Source: Chrysomallon squamiferum
Taxonomy: Eukaryota > Animalia > Mollusca
Assembly (NCBI GenBank): GCA_012295275.1
Contig: CM022665.1
Coordinates: forward strand, 3,844,001 to 3,908,000
Direction of reading: 5' to 3'
Length of the DNA: 64,000 bases
The notes below the pieces were generated by a model. The model ran no database searches and was not told the DNA's origin. It saw only the letters and a program-made list of their open reading frames with translations. Of this stretch, positions 39,824-55,379 are shown piece after piece. The translations under genes were made by a program, and so were the position numbers. Each line of letters starts with the position of its first letter. The first letter of the stretch is position 1.

Positions 39824-40679
39824 TCGTATCGGTGATGGAACTAATTTTGTCAAGGCAGATTATTTATCGTTTATTTTCCGTTCTGAATCTGCTCTTGTCA
39901 TTCCTTTTTGTCTTTATTATAGAACTGTTTTATTTATTTTTTTATTTTATTTTATTTTTTTAAATTTTGTTCCTTGTTTGTTTTTGTTTTTTATTTCGTT
40001 GTTTGTTTGTTTTTTGTTGTTTTTTTTTAAGAAAATTTCAGTTTCACTTTCATTTTTTTTTTTGTTCTGTTTTTTTTTTTTTTTTGTTAGGAATGTGTAA
40101 TGAAACAAATAGGGATTTTTTAATATATATATATATATATTACTGTTCAGTACATTGGTTTATTTATGTTTCTTTTTATTAATTTTTTATAATGTTGCTA
40201 TTAATAGTATTACTGGTACTTCGGAAAAAAAAAAAAAAACTCTGATGTAGTCAAGACTACGGTTACTGTCCTTCTTGTACTGAAAACAAAACAATCTTTA
40301 CACATTTCGGTTTGTTATCTGGGCACTGCATTAACTTTCCCCCTTAATTCAGCTTCAAATACAGCGTGTGGCATTAAGTTAATTAGTGGATCATTAACAA
40401 TAGATAACAACAGTGCAAACACGTAACAGAAATAAAGTAGACTCTGTTGACAGACGTAGATAAACTTAATTAATAAATCCATTCTTTTGTTTGTTTTGTT
40501 CTTATTGTTTTTCTTCTTCGTTTTTTTCTTCGTGATAAAAATGTCACCCGAAAGAAAGCGTGTTAACAACGTTGATGTTTCTGACAGACTTTGCTTGACT
40601 ACCTTCGCTTGTAGAAAGGTTTACTTAGTACTTATTTTACCTAGATAGAAAACGTTACGTGTAAATGTATGCTGGTATA

Positions 40680-41140
40680 CAACACACACAAACATACACA
40701 CACACACGCACGCCTACACACAGATACATACATACACATACACTACATACATACATATATACACACAGATACACACATATACATACATACACATAGATAC
40801 ATACAGATACACACAAACATACATACATACATATACATACATACCTACATACATACACACACACACACATACATACATACATACATACAGATACAGACAC
40901 ACATACATACATACACACACACATACATACATACATACATACATACATACATACATACATACATACAGATACAGACACACATACATACATACACATACAT
41001 ACATACATACATACATACATACATACATACATACATACATACATACATACATACATACATACATCCATACATACATACATACATATATACATACATACAG
41101 ATACACACACACAAACATAAATTTATACATATATACATAT
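40680..41140. repeat. (CATA/CA)n array with an internal higher-order repeat (…cagatacagacacac…)
   Basis: Direct reading; source of four spurious ORFs. Confidence 0.95.
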
Positions 41141-41495
41141 TACTTACCTACGTTCAAACATATTGTAAACAAAAAGGCAATAAATTTTCCAGCTTTACAT
41201 CTTCATTGTGCACGTTTATTTTCTTGTTCTGTTCTTAATTGCATGACCCTGAATATGTTTATAATAACGACAGGTGCAGTATTTCTGTTCGCCCTAGGAA
41301 GTCTATAAATATTTACATTTGTTTGTTCGCATAGTGAATATAGCGATACACGGGAGGTTAAATCACACCCATACTGCATGTGAAAACTTGAGTCATCTCA
41401 AGGGAGGATCAAAAAACATTCAGAGGGTGGTGTTTCTGTCAGACAGTTGCACAAAAAGTTTTTTATTTAACGCCTGGATTATTTCTGTTTTAAAA

Positions 41496-41583
<88 letters not shown>

Positions 41584-41586
<3 letters not shown>

Positions 41587-41857
41587 TGATACAAAGGTAT
41601 GAGTGTAATATCGCTTGAAAAAATAATAATATATATATTACATTTGTATTAATAGAGAGAGAGAGAGAGAGATATTTCAAAACACAAATATCCCAGGCGT
41701 TATATATATATATATATATACATTTATTTATACTTACACGCTTTGTATTGATCCCCTCACTGATACATAATGATTGTGTCATCATGACGAAACTTTGATA
41801 CGCAGATAAATAAGTGAGTGTTACAGTAGCAGATCAAGACATATTTCTAGAGGGGTC
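41584..41857 (+). repeat. Local duplicated segment, copy 1 (copy 2 at 43891-44193)
   Basis: Shared gtatgagtgtaatatcgc, acgctttgta.tgat, tgtgtcatcatgac, tgatacgcagataaataagtgag and gatcaagacatatttctagaggggtc. Confidence 0.9.
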
Positions 41858-42251
41858 TTAACTCTCTCTCTCTCTCTCTCGCTCGCTCGCTCTCAGCGTA
41901 TATCAGTCGCAGAAGGCATGTTTTACAAGGCAAATGTTTTGTAGATTACTTATTCCTTAGTGATAAAAAATAACCTAATTCTTTATTTTATTCAGTTAGT
42001 CATACTGCAGCGAAATGTATTTTAAAATTTCTAAATATAGAAAGTATTAATTGATTAATTTAAACTAATACTAATAATAATAAAAAATACAACCATAAAT
42101 AAATGCAGTAATTGGCTGCAACCGCAACAGTAATAAATAATAACAGAATGTAAACAGAAATAACTGATTCCAGAACAATCTGCCGTTTTACGTAACACAA
42201 ATGTTAACTGAATGTCAATCCATGTCGTTACCAGAACCTTCTTTCAGTTTA

Positions 42252-42332
<81 letters not shown>

Positions 42333-42975
42333 TTATTCCTTCTCTCCATATTTTACCTTCATCAGGGAAATCGTGCCTTGAGAAACTTGAGTAACTGAAA
42401 TAACCTCCAATCGAACATGCACGTCAGCGAAATCAATTTGCATTACCATTCGATTCTTCCTGTCCCAAATTGGCGCTCGTCAGTTTCGGCGCTATTTCAT
42501 TGGTTAGGTCCCAAAAGCTATCAACAAGCACGTGTTTTCTTTTCAACTTGGGAGATATTCGTGAGCAATGCACAAGGAAAAACCTCGAGGCAATATTCGA
42601 TTCGATTTCAGTCGCAGAGAATAAAGAAGTCCTCGCAATATCAAAATGAAATTCTTTGATTTGTTTTAGCGAAGAGAGTAGCTGGCGCAAGTCTGATTTA
42701 AATTAACCGTGTTGCTTAAAACGCATCATAAAGCAAATTTTGTGAATTTACAATGTCGCGTTTAATGAAGTGAACGCTGAATGCAGCCGTCGTTTTAAAA
42801 TATCGAAAAAGGTTTTTCGGATGTAATTTCGATCAAGTAGCTTAAAAATAGCGTTAATACAACTCTTAAGTATTTGAGAAATAAGAATTTGCTGTTTTAC
42901 AACATGTAATCACTGAAAATATGACTGCTGGTTTTACGTGCAATTCAGTTTTCTGCCAGTAAATTGGATATTACA

Positions 42976-43013
<38 letters not shown>

Positions 43014-43890
43014 AAAAAATAAGTTTTGAAAGCCGCTTAAATGCGTGATTCTTATTTTCGTAGAAAATTGCGGTTTTTGGATCAGTTTAAGCTGTTGTGA
43101 TAGGGAATGGGATTTCTCTTTTAACTCGAGTTTTCTTCGATTTATTTGTAATTACTGTTATTGTAATTTTTGTTGTTTTTAAAGCTTGATAGTGGTTTAA
43201 AAAAAGTAATAATATTAAAAAAAAAAAAAAAAAATAAAATAAAATAAAATAAAATAAGTAGGACGCGATATTTTAAAACAAAATTAAGTTCGTACTTGAT
43301 TTTTTTTTTTCTTGCATGGAATACTTTGATATTTTCACTGACTACATTTAATTATATTTTATTATTATTTTTAAAATATATATATAACATTAAACACAGT
43401 AACCACAAAAATACATCGTTAATTGAAAATAAAACAAATTAAAAAAAAAAAAAAAAAAAACAACATTGGCAGAAATAATTTTATTATCATTCATTGTCAT
43501 TTACAGCCCATCAGAAAGCTATAAATATTACATTACGTCCTCCTGTCACCATAAAAATAAAAACATGCTACATGATCCTTGAACACTGCTATTTAATGAG
43601 CTGAATGGAACAGAACTTCTATTACATTATTCACGTATTTCACTTCATTCCATATTTTCTGAAGATGCACAGAAAAGAGATGCCTCGCTTTTTTTAACAG
43701 TAAAAGAATAATCCAATGATCTGCGCCTTCGGGTTTCCCCTCTCGCTTGCGAACATGAGATAATACAGCAGCAGCTTAAAAATGCATGTAAATAAATCAT
43801 CATTTCTTCCTTGGTTTTTTTTTCTTTCTTTAAAGATTTCACGCGATAGCTTGACATTTGATGATTTGTGATAAAGACTAACACAGATGT

Positions 43891-44017
43891 TATTAATACA
43901 ATTGTATGAGTGTAATATCGCCTTAAAAGAAGAAGAAGAAGAAGAAGAAGAAAAAAAATATAAATATATATATATATATGTTTTTAGTGAAGGCATCTTT
44001 ACAACGTGTAAATATAT

Positions 44018-44068
<51 letters not shown>

Positions 44069-44193
44069 CGCTTTGTAATGATGCCCTCGGTGACTCATGG
44101 TAACTGTGTCATCATGACACAATAGGTTCTGTGATACGCAGATAAATAAGTGAGGTTAACAGGAGCGGATCAAGACATATTTCTAGAGGGGTC
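43891..44193 (+). repeat. Local duplicated segment, copy 2
   Basis: Matches 41584-41857 but carries different internal microsatellites. Confidence 0.9.
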
Positions 44194-44861
44194 CTGTATC
44201 GAACGTTTTTGTAGCAAAATCTCTATTTGGGTTTTTTTGTTTTTTGTTTTTATTTTGTATTTCTTTTATCCCCATGACTCCCTCGTCAAACGTCACCGCA
44301 TAAAACAAAAAAGCTGAATATCTCTACACATTCATTATTAGACAAAAACTGGTTGCAAATATGAATTCATTTCTTTACTTTTTTTCTGTTCCTGGCATGC
44401 GCAGAAATATCGAGACAGTAGTTCTTACATGGCTTTTCGCTCGGGTGACAACGGGAACAAAGAAAAGCAACTTATTATACCTACTTCCCGATACGGATAT
44501 GAATCATCCATAATTCAATGGGCGCATCAAAACGACTTTATAAACTGATTGACATTTTATTTACATATGTCAGTGTAAAAGCTTGTACCGTGTGGAAACT
44601 AGGACACTAAACGTCTTTCTGTTTTTTATCTTGGAAACCTGACATAAGAACCACACCCAACCCGTCGAACCGCTTACATTAAATACGCAATTATTTTTCT
44701 GTCTCAATTACATCGCGGTGTGTGTACGCAGTACGACAGTACTCAAACACATCGCGATTTGATTTAGTTTTTGTAAATCATGTCTCAATTGAGAAACTCA
44801 CGTTTCGCTGCCGTATCATCTCTATTTAAAACTGGCGTCGATTCACAGTGTTTGCCCTTTA

Positions 44862-44878
44862 TCCGCCAGGGGGCAGCA
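44862..44878 (+). promoter_or_regulatory. CTCF-like binding motif
   Basis: TCCGCCAGGGGGCAGCA closely matches the CTCF core CCRCCAGGGGGCRG in an otherwise AT-rich region. Confidence 0.5.
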
Positions 44879-45504
44879 TGTCTACAAGACAAACAATGAA
44901 GATTATGTCCACAGCACGAACTGGTGGGGGAAAAAAAGCTCAATATCAAATGCATTGTGATTGCTAAATCTCCCGTGATAGCCAAACGAGCATCATTCGT
45001 TACTTCTGTTTTAGTGTCTGTCCACGATGTATGTACTTGAACCTTTAATAAATGCAAAGATGTTTTAAATTACTGAAGGACTGTATTACTTATTGGAAAA
45101 TCGAGCATAAAACTGCTAAAAACTGAACATACTTTCTGGATCGATAGAGGGACATTTTTTTTTTTTTTTTCTTTTTTCTTTGCATAAATTGTTCTTGCAG
45201 GCACATTAAAACATTTGTTTCTTTAATGTTATCGTTATCATCATCCTAAATATCGTCATCATCATCTGAAAATCATCATCAGCTAGTCTTCTCCTTCATT
45301 ATCTGAATGATCTGAAACCATGACATGCATGACGCCATGTAACAATAAACTGAAAATGTGTTTACTGGGTCCTTTAATAAATCATATCTCACTATTATTG
45401 TTGATGGTCATGACAATGTTGCTGTTACTGTTGTTATTATTTCATCCTCATCCTCATCTTCATGCTCATCATCATTATTATTATTATTATTAATGTCGTT
45501 GTTG

Positions 45505-45540
<36 letters not shown>

Positions 45541-46686
45541 CATCATCAACATCATTATTAAAATACATCTCTTCACTGGACTGTTTTAGAAAGGCTGCAC
45601 TTTGTTGCTTTCTCACGGAGTTTTCCCAGAAGCGATTTCTAAAATGTTGACTAAATATGAATTAGACTACGGAAGCAAAAATGTCTCGTTTAAAAGCATT
45701 TTGTTACCGATTCACTGTGTACTGTTTACTTTTATTTCGCTCTAAGCTGGTACTCGTGTTTTCAAAACATTCTTGTAATGTCTAACTAAATGGGTAATTC
45801 CAAACCAAATACAACTCGAAAACCAAGCTCATCTATCAGTCATATTTGTGTATGGTGTTCACAACCTAGAAATTAACCCTTTATACTGTTCTTTACAGAT
45901 TCGGATTTTGGTTTTGTTTTGTTTTTTTAAGTTTCTAAATTTTCTGAGAAAGTTATAATTATATATTATGGTTTGGAATTTGTTTCAGAATAATTATAAT
46001 GTTTACCTATTTTCTGTCCACACCGTTGTTCGACAGTTGCTTGTTAATGTTTGTTGTATTTTCCTTTATGTGAGAAAATTAAAACACAGATCTCTTGTTA
46101 TTAAATATTACGTATATAATATTATACAGACATGCATACACACACATTTACATACATAAATACACACATACATACATATATATACGCATGTACACACGCA
46201 CATACGCACACATTCTTAAAACGTATTCCAGAATATAATTATATCGCTAAAGTGTACGTAAACGAATTCAAAAAGGAAAAGAATATGCCCACATATATAT
46301 ATATATATATATGAAAGGTCTTTGAAGTAACAACGTCTTATTGGAATTTTTTTTTTATTATTATCTTTTGGTTATATCTTGTTTTTTTTCTCTCTCTGCA
46401 GTGAAATTACAACAGCATTTCCACGAAATTGACAATCAGCTTGTAATAAAAGTAGCTGGGGCTTGAATTATTTCAGTCATTATTGAATTCCAGCTTGCGA
46501 TACACTTGTAATTCTGCATGCAAATCGGTTCCTAACTGCATGGTGCTGTTGTTTGTTCAAGACGTAACACGGAGGGCAGGCGTAAGGGCGAGACTGTCAC
46601 GTGACAATTAAAACTGTTACGTGTTGTGTGGCTGTTGAAATTTGATCATTTAAAATCAGACATGTGTTTGTTCATTAAATTTAAAA

Positions 46687-46718
<32 letters not shown>

Positions 46719-47962
46719 CTTTAAAGTCTTTTTAATAAAATTTAAAAAACAAAAACAAAAAAAGAAATAGAAGAAGTGAAAATTGCTAAACATTAGTTTT
46801 GTTTAGACTTTAAATAATGATATAGTCTGAATAGAACTAGGCTGATTTATTTTTGTAAAAAAAAACCAGAGATTCCACAAATATTATTTTATTAATATTG
46901 TTGTTTGATGCTGTTGTTGTTGTCATTACTGTCGTCATTAGACTGTTGTTGTTGTTGCTGCTGCTGCTGCTGCTGTTGTTACTGCTACTGTCGTATCGTT
47001 GTCGTGGCCGGCATTTGTTCTGAAGTCCACCCAGGAATAGGACCGCCTGACCGTCTCCAGTTTCATCTTGGCCAGTAGAACACTTTTCACACTTTCCGTC
47101 TTCAAGGGCTCAATCCGAAATCGTTATTTTAGCACAAATCTGCTCGAGAGAGATCAATAGCTTTCAGGAATAATTGAAGTCTGTTCCTGCCAAAGAAATG
47201 TAACGAGGTTAGCCAATCAATGTAAAGAGGTACGTCCTCGTTTTATTTCAAAATTGCACTCGGGCCGTTAGAGGTAATGAGCCCCCCTTTTGAAAACGTC
47301 CGAATAGAAGGGGAGAATTTTCGTCGTTTTCATCATCATCTTCTTCTTCTTCTTCTTCTTCTTCTTCTTCTTCTTCTTTCAAATGAGCTAACTAAGAAAA
47401 GTTTCAGGTGCACCTCATTAGTGTCAGAATACCTGAAAATGAGATCGTGAGCAATAAATTGCGTGAACACAGAAACGTCTAAGAGACCTTTCTTGGCATC
47501 TTATTGCCGGAGTAAAAAGCGAATATAAGAATATTTTTACATTTCTCTAATAGTTTCGTGAGAAAAAAAAATTAAGATGTTTGTTAAGATACTGCTCGGT
47601 ATTTTTAATTTCTTTTTTAACTTTACAACGTTAAAGTAGTTGCACGTTTCGGTGAAGGTTTTCTATTACGAAAACAAGGTATTGCTGCTAATTAACTTAA
47701 TTAAACACGACGTAAAACGTCTGTGAAAAAAATGTCGAGAAAGATATTTTTGTATAATAGTTCTTTGAACAATTTATTAACCAGTTTTGCTTATCTTAAC
47801 TATGTTTAACTAATTGCTACTCGATTTTTTTTTTTTTTTTTTTTTTTTTCAATCTACATTACCAACCATAAGCCATTGGAGAAGTTATTAATAGAGTTTT
47901 AAAAAATAATAAAAATTAAAAATAAAATATGTTTTTATTTGTTAATGACAAAAAGAAAAGAA

Positions 47963-47993
<31 letters not shown>

Positions 47994-48929
47994 ATTAATA
48001 ATCTACAAAAAGAAGAAGAAGAGAAAAATAATAAATAAATAAATAAATAAATAAACACTGAAACCAATCTATCGATCAAAATTATTAATTTAAGCTAACA
48101 GATTATGTAAGAATGAAGAATTCGAAATTCATGGGGACAGACGCAATCATTTTAGCATCTAACCAGTCTCATTCTCATGCAGTCACGTTAAACTGTTGTA
48201 CAGATTAATACTTCAGCAGTGACAAGTCTGAACGACACGTCAGTTCTTTGTACGATAATAAAATTCATTTGACCTCTTTCCTTAAAAGAACAAAGCAGCC
48301 CTCACTCTGCTTCTTCACAAAAAGCCTCTTGCACTTAAAAATTAAAAACTGAATGAATTATTATATATTTCAACAGTGCAAACAGACAGTCTGAAATGCA
48401 CAAGCATAGCTGCCGTCATTTTAGTTTTTCATATAACGTCTTTTGTAGTTACAGCTCTAAACTGAACTGACTGAGAATTTTATCAGTACAAACATCGTGT
48501 TTCAGAGATACAGAAACAGTTGCCTTCGTTTTTGTTTTCAAAACAGTGACAATTATATAATTTTACTAAATATCTCAACAGACCGTATCTCTGAGACAGT
48601 AATTACTTGCATAATTAAACATTGGCGTATTGCACTGCATGTCTCCAGCAGTTAAACATTAGGCCGTTCAGTACAATCGTTCAAACTGAGATATTTTTAC
48701 CCAGTCTTTCTTCAACCACTTTTTAACGACTGATTTATCAAAGACGTCGATGCAGGCTGTCGTGTCTGTTGATAACGTCGTAGACAGGAATCCATTATCA
48801 TCAAGAGAAAGATAAACTTGTTGGACGGGAGAATACATTCATGTCATCGTTTGTAGTGAATTAATAACTGATTTAACACGATGATCTTATCCGCTGATTT
48901 TGTCTTTATAATGGAGTACAGATAGACAG

Positions 48930-48980
<51 letters not shown>

Positions 48981-48997
48981 GTTTTGAATGGCACTAA

Positions 48998-49160
48998 TGC
49001 GGGCGAATGGGTGCCATATGTTTTAGTCTCGTCAGCGACATCTGTCGTGTATGAAGTCATGATTTCTCCTTCTGTGCCAGTGCGTTCCCAAATGTTGTCC
49101 ATGTGCAGTCTAAACAGACGTACTTAAGACAACAGAATATTCATTCGTAAATTCATACAT
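48998..49160 (+). repeat. Dispersed repeat, copy 2 of 23242-23420
   Basis: Same orientation; both copies are preceded by a (CA)n tract. Confidence 0.85.
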
Positions 49161-49186
49161 TTATGCATGTATATGGGCACCATAGT

Positions 49187-49243
<57 letters not shown>

Positions 49244-49668
49244 AGACATACGCGCACACATACATAATTATATTTTATTATTATTATTTTTTTTAAATAT
49301 AGAATTTGCGGTGTACTACTGGTGAAAATCAGAGAAAGACGTTGAAGAATAGAAAATGGAATCAGAAAATGTCAGAATCTTATGAATATTTGTGTGTAAC
49401 TGATGCTGTTTTAATACCTATTCTCTTTCATTGCATGAATAAAGATTAAAAAGAACACGCTTTTGATACAAATCAGTGATATATTCTGACAGACATTATA
49501 TATCCACAGATAACTCTTCATCAGACACTGATGTAAAGATTCATTTGTGAATAATTTGCCTCTCTCTCTCTCTCTCTCTTACTTTAACTATCTCTCTCTA
49601 TTTTACTTTAACTCTCTCTCTCTTTTATTTTAACTTTCTCTCTCTCTCTCTTTTATTTTAACTCTCTC

Positions 49669-50009
<341 letters not shown>

Positions 50010-50695
50010 AATTTTCAACTTTTATCTTTCTTCTTTATTATTACTGAAGTTCTCCAAGCTGAAGAACATTAGCAAATAGATGTCTTTTAAAAAAAAAAAA
50101 ATCTAAACACCTCGGAGCAGCATGACAAATATGTTCAGTTCCAATCAAGGTTCATTCACGTCTGTGTTCAGCATACAGTCATTAATCCAAGCACACAATG
50201 TAATGAAAGTTTTCATCAGTTAGAGGATTAGGCAGAAATAAAAGTGAGAGTTCGGCTGTCCTTATTTAACCCAATGTAGGTCACAGTGACAATGGAAAGG
50301 AATTGTATTCTTATAAACCGCAGAATTACAACACAGAAAAGAATGTATTACAGATAATATAATAACAAAATAAATTTTCATAAATTGTAGAATTACGGTA
50401 GAGAGAAGAATGTGTTACATGTGTAATATATAACAAGAACATTTCTCAGTTGTAATCTCGGATTACGCCACAACAAAGTTTTTCTCTCCGAGTCTTAAAA
50501 CGCTGATGCATTAAGTATTTTATTAACACTTCAGTGTATGACTAGAGATAAGCGTAAAACAGCTCAGTTTATCTACCTCATCTGATACACAGACAAGATG
50601 TTGGACAAAAGAGAGAGAGAGAGAAACCAGACTCGTGGTTAATGTATCTCAGACAGACTTGCTATACAACAGCTTAATAAACACAGAAATATTCG

Positions 50696-50728
<33 letters not shown>

Positions 50729-50962
50729 AAAGAAAGACGTTAGTTCCTCTTACGTGCGTCGTAAGACAAAGCAGGACACGGGATTAACTGGCAGGTGTAT
50801 TTTATTAAAGCTAATGGCAGGTTCAATTAGTTCGCTGAACGATACCAGCTGCTTCTTTCCACTGGTTACGAAGAGCTGGTAATCGCGTCGTATGTTCGTT
50901 CACATTCGTAACGTAAACGTAATGCTTTAAATTTGTGGCCAATTACGTTATCGACTTTTTCT

Positions 50963-51015
<53 letters not shown>

Positions 51016-53104
51016 TAAAAATCAAATCTGGTGGCAATTGCAGGCTTAATTAGGTACTAAAATAACTTGTAGAGTTGTAGATGCTCATAACATGTTTTCG
51101 ATTTTTGAAAAAATAATATTGGCTGCTTATTCTCGTGGTTTAATCGTGTTCTGTCTTTGGTAATGTTAATAAGAAACGCAGCTTAAGGTGCTGACTTTAA
51201 CTGAATAGAATATAGTTATATTCTATTTAATTCTAGAATAGTCTGTTTCATTTTATTTTATTTTATTTTATTCTATTCTATTCTATTCTATTCTGTTCTG
51301 TTCTATTCTATTTTTTATTATTTTTATTATTATTTTTTATTTTACTTTGTTTTATTATTTATTTATTTATTTATTTATTTACTTAATTTTCATTTACTTT
51401 CGAAGACTTGTACAAATTTACGTAGCGGTCATATTACATAACGATGTAATTTACAAAACATTTTAATAGTCAAAGTTTACTAAAGTTAAAAATAACATAT
51501 CGTTTGTTATAAAGTTATGTAATAATTACCAGTATATTGTTAAAAGACCGTGTTATACTTTATTGGTTTGGGTTCCTTAGATCTTAGCTCTCCAAAAGAA
51601 AGAACAATGATACTGATGATCTGTGAATGATGTCTACGTTCGTAGTATCAGTGGTAGAAGAGGTTATCATCATCATCAACATCATTATTATCATTCTGAT
51701 CATTGTTATAAAAATGATGATTCATTTACTTCCAAATCATGTGACATTTATAATTTAAAACTTTTTTTATAATTTAAATTGAAAATAAACAAAAGGACAA
51801 GATTAATTCCTCATGGCAACATTTTTTTTTTTTCTTAACTGTACAAAAATACAAAGATTATTATACAATAATTTAGTCTTGACTGGAATAGAAAATACTG
51901 CTTTATCAGATCTGCATGAGCCATGATTTTGCGTTAAACATCTTTCTCATCTCGTTTAGATGGTTTTTTATTTTTTTTTTTTTTATGGCTGAATTTAATT
52001 GTAACATTTTATTGCTGTAACTGCCAGATGTAAGACGTTCTACCTTTTATCTACACTGGTGCAGGCTTCAATTGTTTGTTCTGCAGACACGATCAAAACG
52101 CGCAGTTCCAAAATACACCTCAACCGGTTACACCCAGTTTCAATACACAGATAAATACTCACTAATTTACTTACTAAACTTAGTCTTTGAAGATTACTTA
52201 TTTGTTAATTTATTAATATACTTTTTCTTTCTTTTTTCATCTCTTACTCTCCTTCTATCTCTCTCTCTCTCTTTTAATTTATCCTTTTAATTAATTTCTT
52301 TCTCCTTTTTTTTTTACTTAATTTAATTTAAATTTTATATGCTTTTTTTTATTTTTTTTATTTATTTTTTATATTTATTTATTTATTTATTTATTTATTT
52401 ATTCTTATTAAAAATTTTTAAATGTAATTTATTTATATATATATATATTTTTTTATTATTATTATTATTTTAATTCATTTACTTAATACATTCACTACGC
52501 GAACACTTCTAAACATAAATACAATGTATCTCACATTTGTGGCCTTAAATTGATTCCAGATTTTTTTCTCGCTAACGGGAATCGATCTGGCATCAGCATA
52601 TACGCCATACAGGTGCTTCCCTTTCAAAACCAATATCCTATCCTCGTACAGACATATTGGCGTATTCCATTAATTATAACGTGGAGCCTGGTTTTAAAGG
52701 GAAACAATCGATTACGTACGTCTTGTTGAAAATGAATTTTGACGAGTTTTTACGTCGAAATGGGACAGATGCAGTTCGAAATCGCATCATTAGAATAACA
52801 AGAAGAAAATCTTTAGAGCGCCATCATCTATAGTGATTATTTCAATATGATTAATAGGTTTATAACATACAGAGTGGCCGTCATGAAGACTAATAGGAAA
52901 TAATGGCTGTATAATTAAATAAAAGAGCCGACTTAGCGAAACGACGTGAAACAGGAAAGACTTGGTTTCCAGCAGACGTAGAACAAAAAAGCCGTTGTCG
53001 TCCTTACCAGTCCGGTGTAAGCGAAAAATAAGTCCTTAGGAAAAAATGTCTCATTTTTTTCCCCACATCTCATCTCAGAATATGTTTTTTTTTTTTTTTT
53101 TTTT

Positions 53105-53440
53105 TTAGAAATTCAAATTCCGGAACCAGCATATCTAGGGAACTCTCGGCTAAGAAAGATATCATCTAGGAATGAAAGTTATATATCGGTTGTGTCCATT
53201 CATATTAATTTCTTTGACTTAAATATCTAAGAATTCAAAACCCAGACGTAATATGTCGACAAATGCAAGTCTTAGGATAACTATATCTAGGAATGCAAGT
53301 TCTACAAATTCCAAACCTAGAAATTCGTATCCTGTGACTAATTATGTCTATAAACGACAAATCATTATATTAAAGAATACAAGAACTAGCGTATCTAGGA
53401 ATGCATTTCTTAGAATTAGTATATCTAGGAATGGAACCAG
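53105..53440 (+). repeat. Degenerate minisatellite with an (a)tatctaggaatg core
   Basis: Core or variant at ~53131, 53164, 53223, 53283, 53392 and 53421. Confidence 0.65.
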
Positions 53441-54711
53441 AACGACGACGAAGATTTGTTGAAACCATTATTTCGACTTTCAAGATTTCACTACTGTGTA
53501 AAATATGAGGTCATAGTGTACTACCGTAAGAATAATGCATAATTGTTGAATACGATTTCTGAAAAATATATGTCTCAGGAAACAAGATCCAACAGAACTT
53601 GTTTCTCACAGACTTAAATTTCTTTTTACATCAGGGTTTGATAACAATGTATTAGCTTTTATGAAACATTCTTTGGTCTTTTTGAGACTGATATAAATTC
53701 CATTCTAAAACCTGAAAAACACGCTCGTATTCTGTAATATCAGTAATTTAATGCAAATAACATGGAAGGGCGGTTTGTTTGGCAGCGATGCGTAATGTCA
53801 AATGAGGGGAATTTGAAACACTTAATGTACATATACTGTGATAAAACTGGTATATTTTACCGTCGTTACTAAGCAGTAGACACATTCTGGATTCTTTCCA
53901 TTAACTGCAACCCTTCTGTAATCTATGTGCTTCTGGTTTGATTAAATTGATTTTATTTGGACTGACGTTAAAAATGCCACCCATTTGTACTGTGGGTTTT
54001 GTTGTTTTTCACAGCAAAGAAAAACAAAATCTTTTCCACTGCTGATAATGGAATTCTAACAAAAAGAAATAAATTTTTTTAAAATAATAATAATAACAAC
54101 AATAACAATAACCATAACAATAATAATAATAATAACAGTAATAATAACAATTGCAATAACAATAAAAGTCGTGGTAGTATCAGCACTATTAATTTCAGTT
54201 ATTTGGATGTCACGAATTTCCTCAGAGTCTGTTTTACCAACGACTGAATACATAACATAAGTACTAAAACAGGGTTCTCTTAGTCAGATATCATGGATCT
54301 ACAATATTCTGGTTTTATCAAGCAATAAATATTCTCCTGCGGAAAGTCGATGGTGAAAACCCCAGTGGTATCCTTTCCGATACCATAAAATGAATTTATA
54401 TCCGCTCCATTCGCCAGCTATTTTGCTTTATGTACATGGCACACTTCTTTTACAACCCTTGAAGCCCTAAAAGCGATATTTCAATACATTTCACTGTCAG
54501 CAAATCTGATTGAAAATGTAGCTTTATGTTTTTCATGTTTACTTCGATTTCAAAGCAAATAATTTGGTTTCACTGCTTAATTTTCTATGCAGTCATTTCG
54601 GTTAATTTGCTTTGATGTTTTTTTTTTTTTTCTGTTTTTATTGTCATTTACTTTTATTACTGAGTTAGAAAAAAAATATTGTACTCCTGCTGTTTGCACC
54701 TAACCACAAAA

Positions 54712-55045
54712 CCTGCTACTGCTACTTATTTTACTACTACTGCTACTGCTACTACTTCTACTACTACTACTACTACTATTGCCACTTCTACTACTACTAC
54801 TACTACGTCTGCTTCTGCTAACTACTACTGCTATTTCTACTACAACTACTACTACTACTATTACAAACACTGTTACCACTACTTTTACAAATACTACTGT
54901 TGCTACAGCTACTACAACAGCTGCTGCAACTGTTACTATTTCTAAACAGTATAAACTTTTTACTATCACCACTGATACTGCTCTACTATTACCACTACTG
55001 GTATTATTTCAGAACTACTACTGCGGCTCCTTTTACTACTACTAT
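54712..55045. repeat. (TAC/TGC)n trinucleotide tract
   Basis: Direct reading. Confidence 0.9.
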
Positions 55046-55192
55046 TGAATCATTTTATTACTTTTTGATAAAGCAAAAATTAATGTCTTTAATGATTATG
55101 CCTGCAACCAAATGATTGACTTCCCTAAAGAAGAATTTTTTTTTTTTAAAACGAATCTTAGATGCAGCGACTGTCACTGCAAATTTACTGTA

Positions 55193-55232
<40 letters not shown>

Positions 55233-55340
55233 GCAAATGATTTGTTTTGTTCTGTCTAGACTACTGTACCATGATTCAATTTAATGTTATTTAAGTTCAC
55301 ATATTCTGTGTTTAAATCCCAGATAAGAAAACATGGGCGT

Positions 55341-55379
<39 letters not shown>

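Noticed and set aside
54712-55045. Thr-rich ORFs (also 57154-57441 and 59628-59945) as mucin-like exons
   Set aside because: Pure trinucleotide slippage tracts without splice sites, unlike the real stalk exons at 8498 and 17519.
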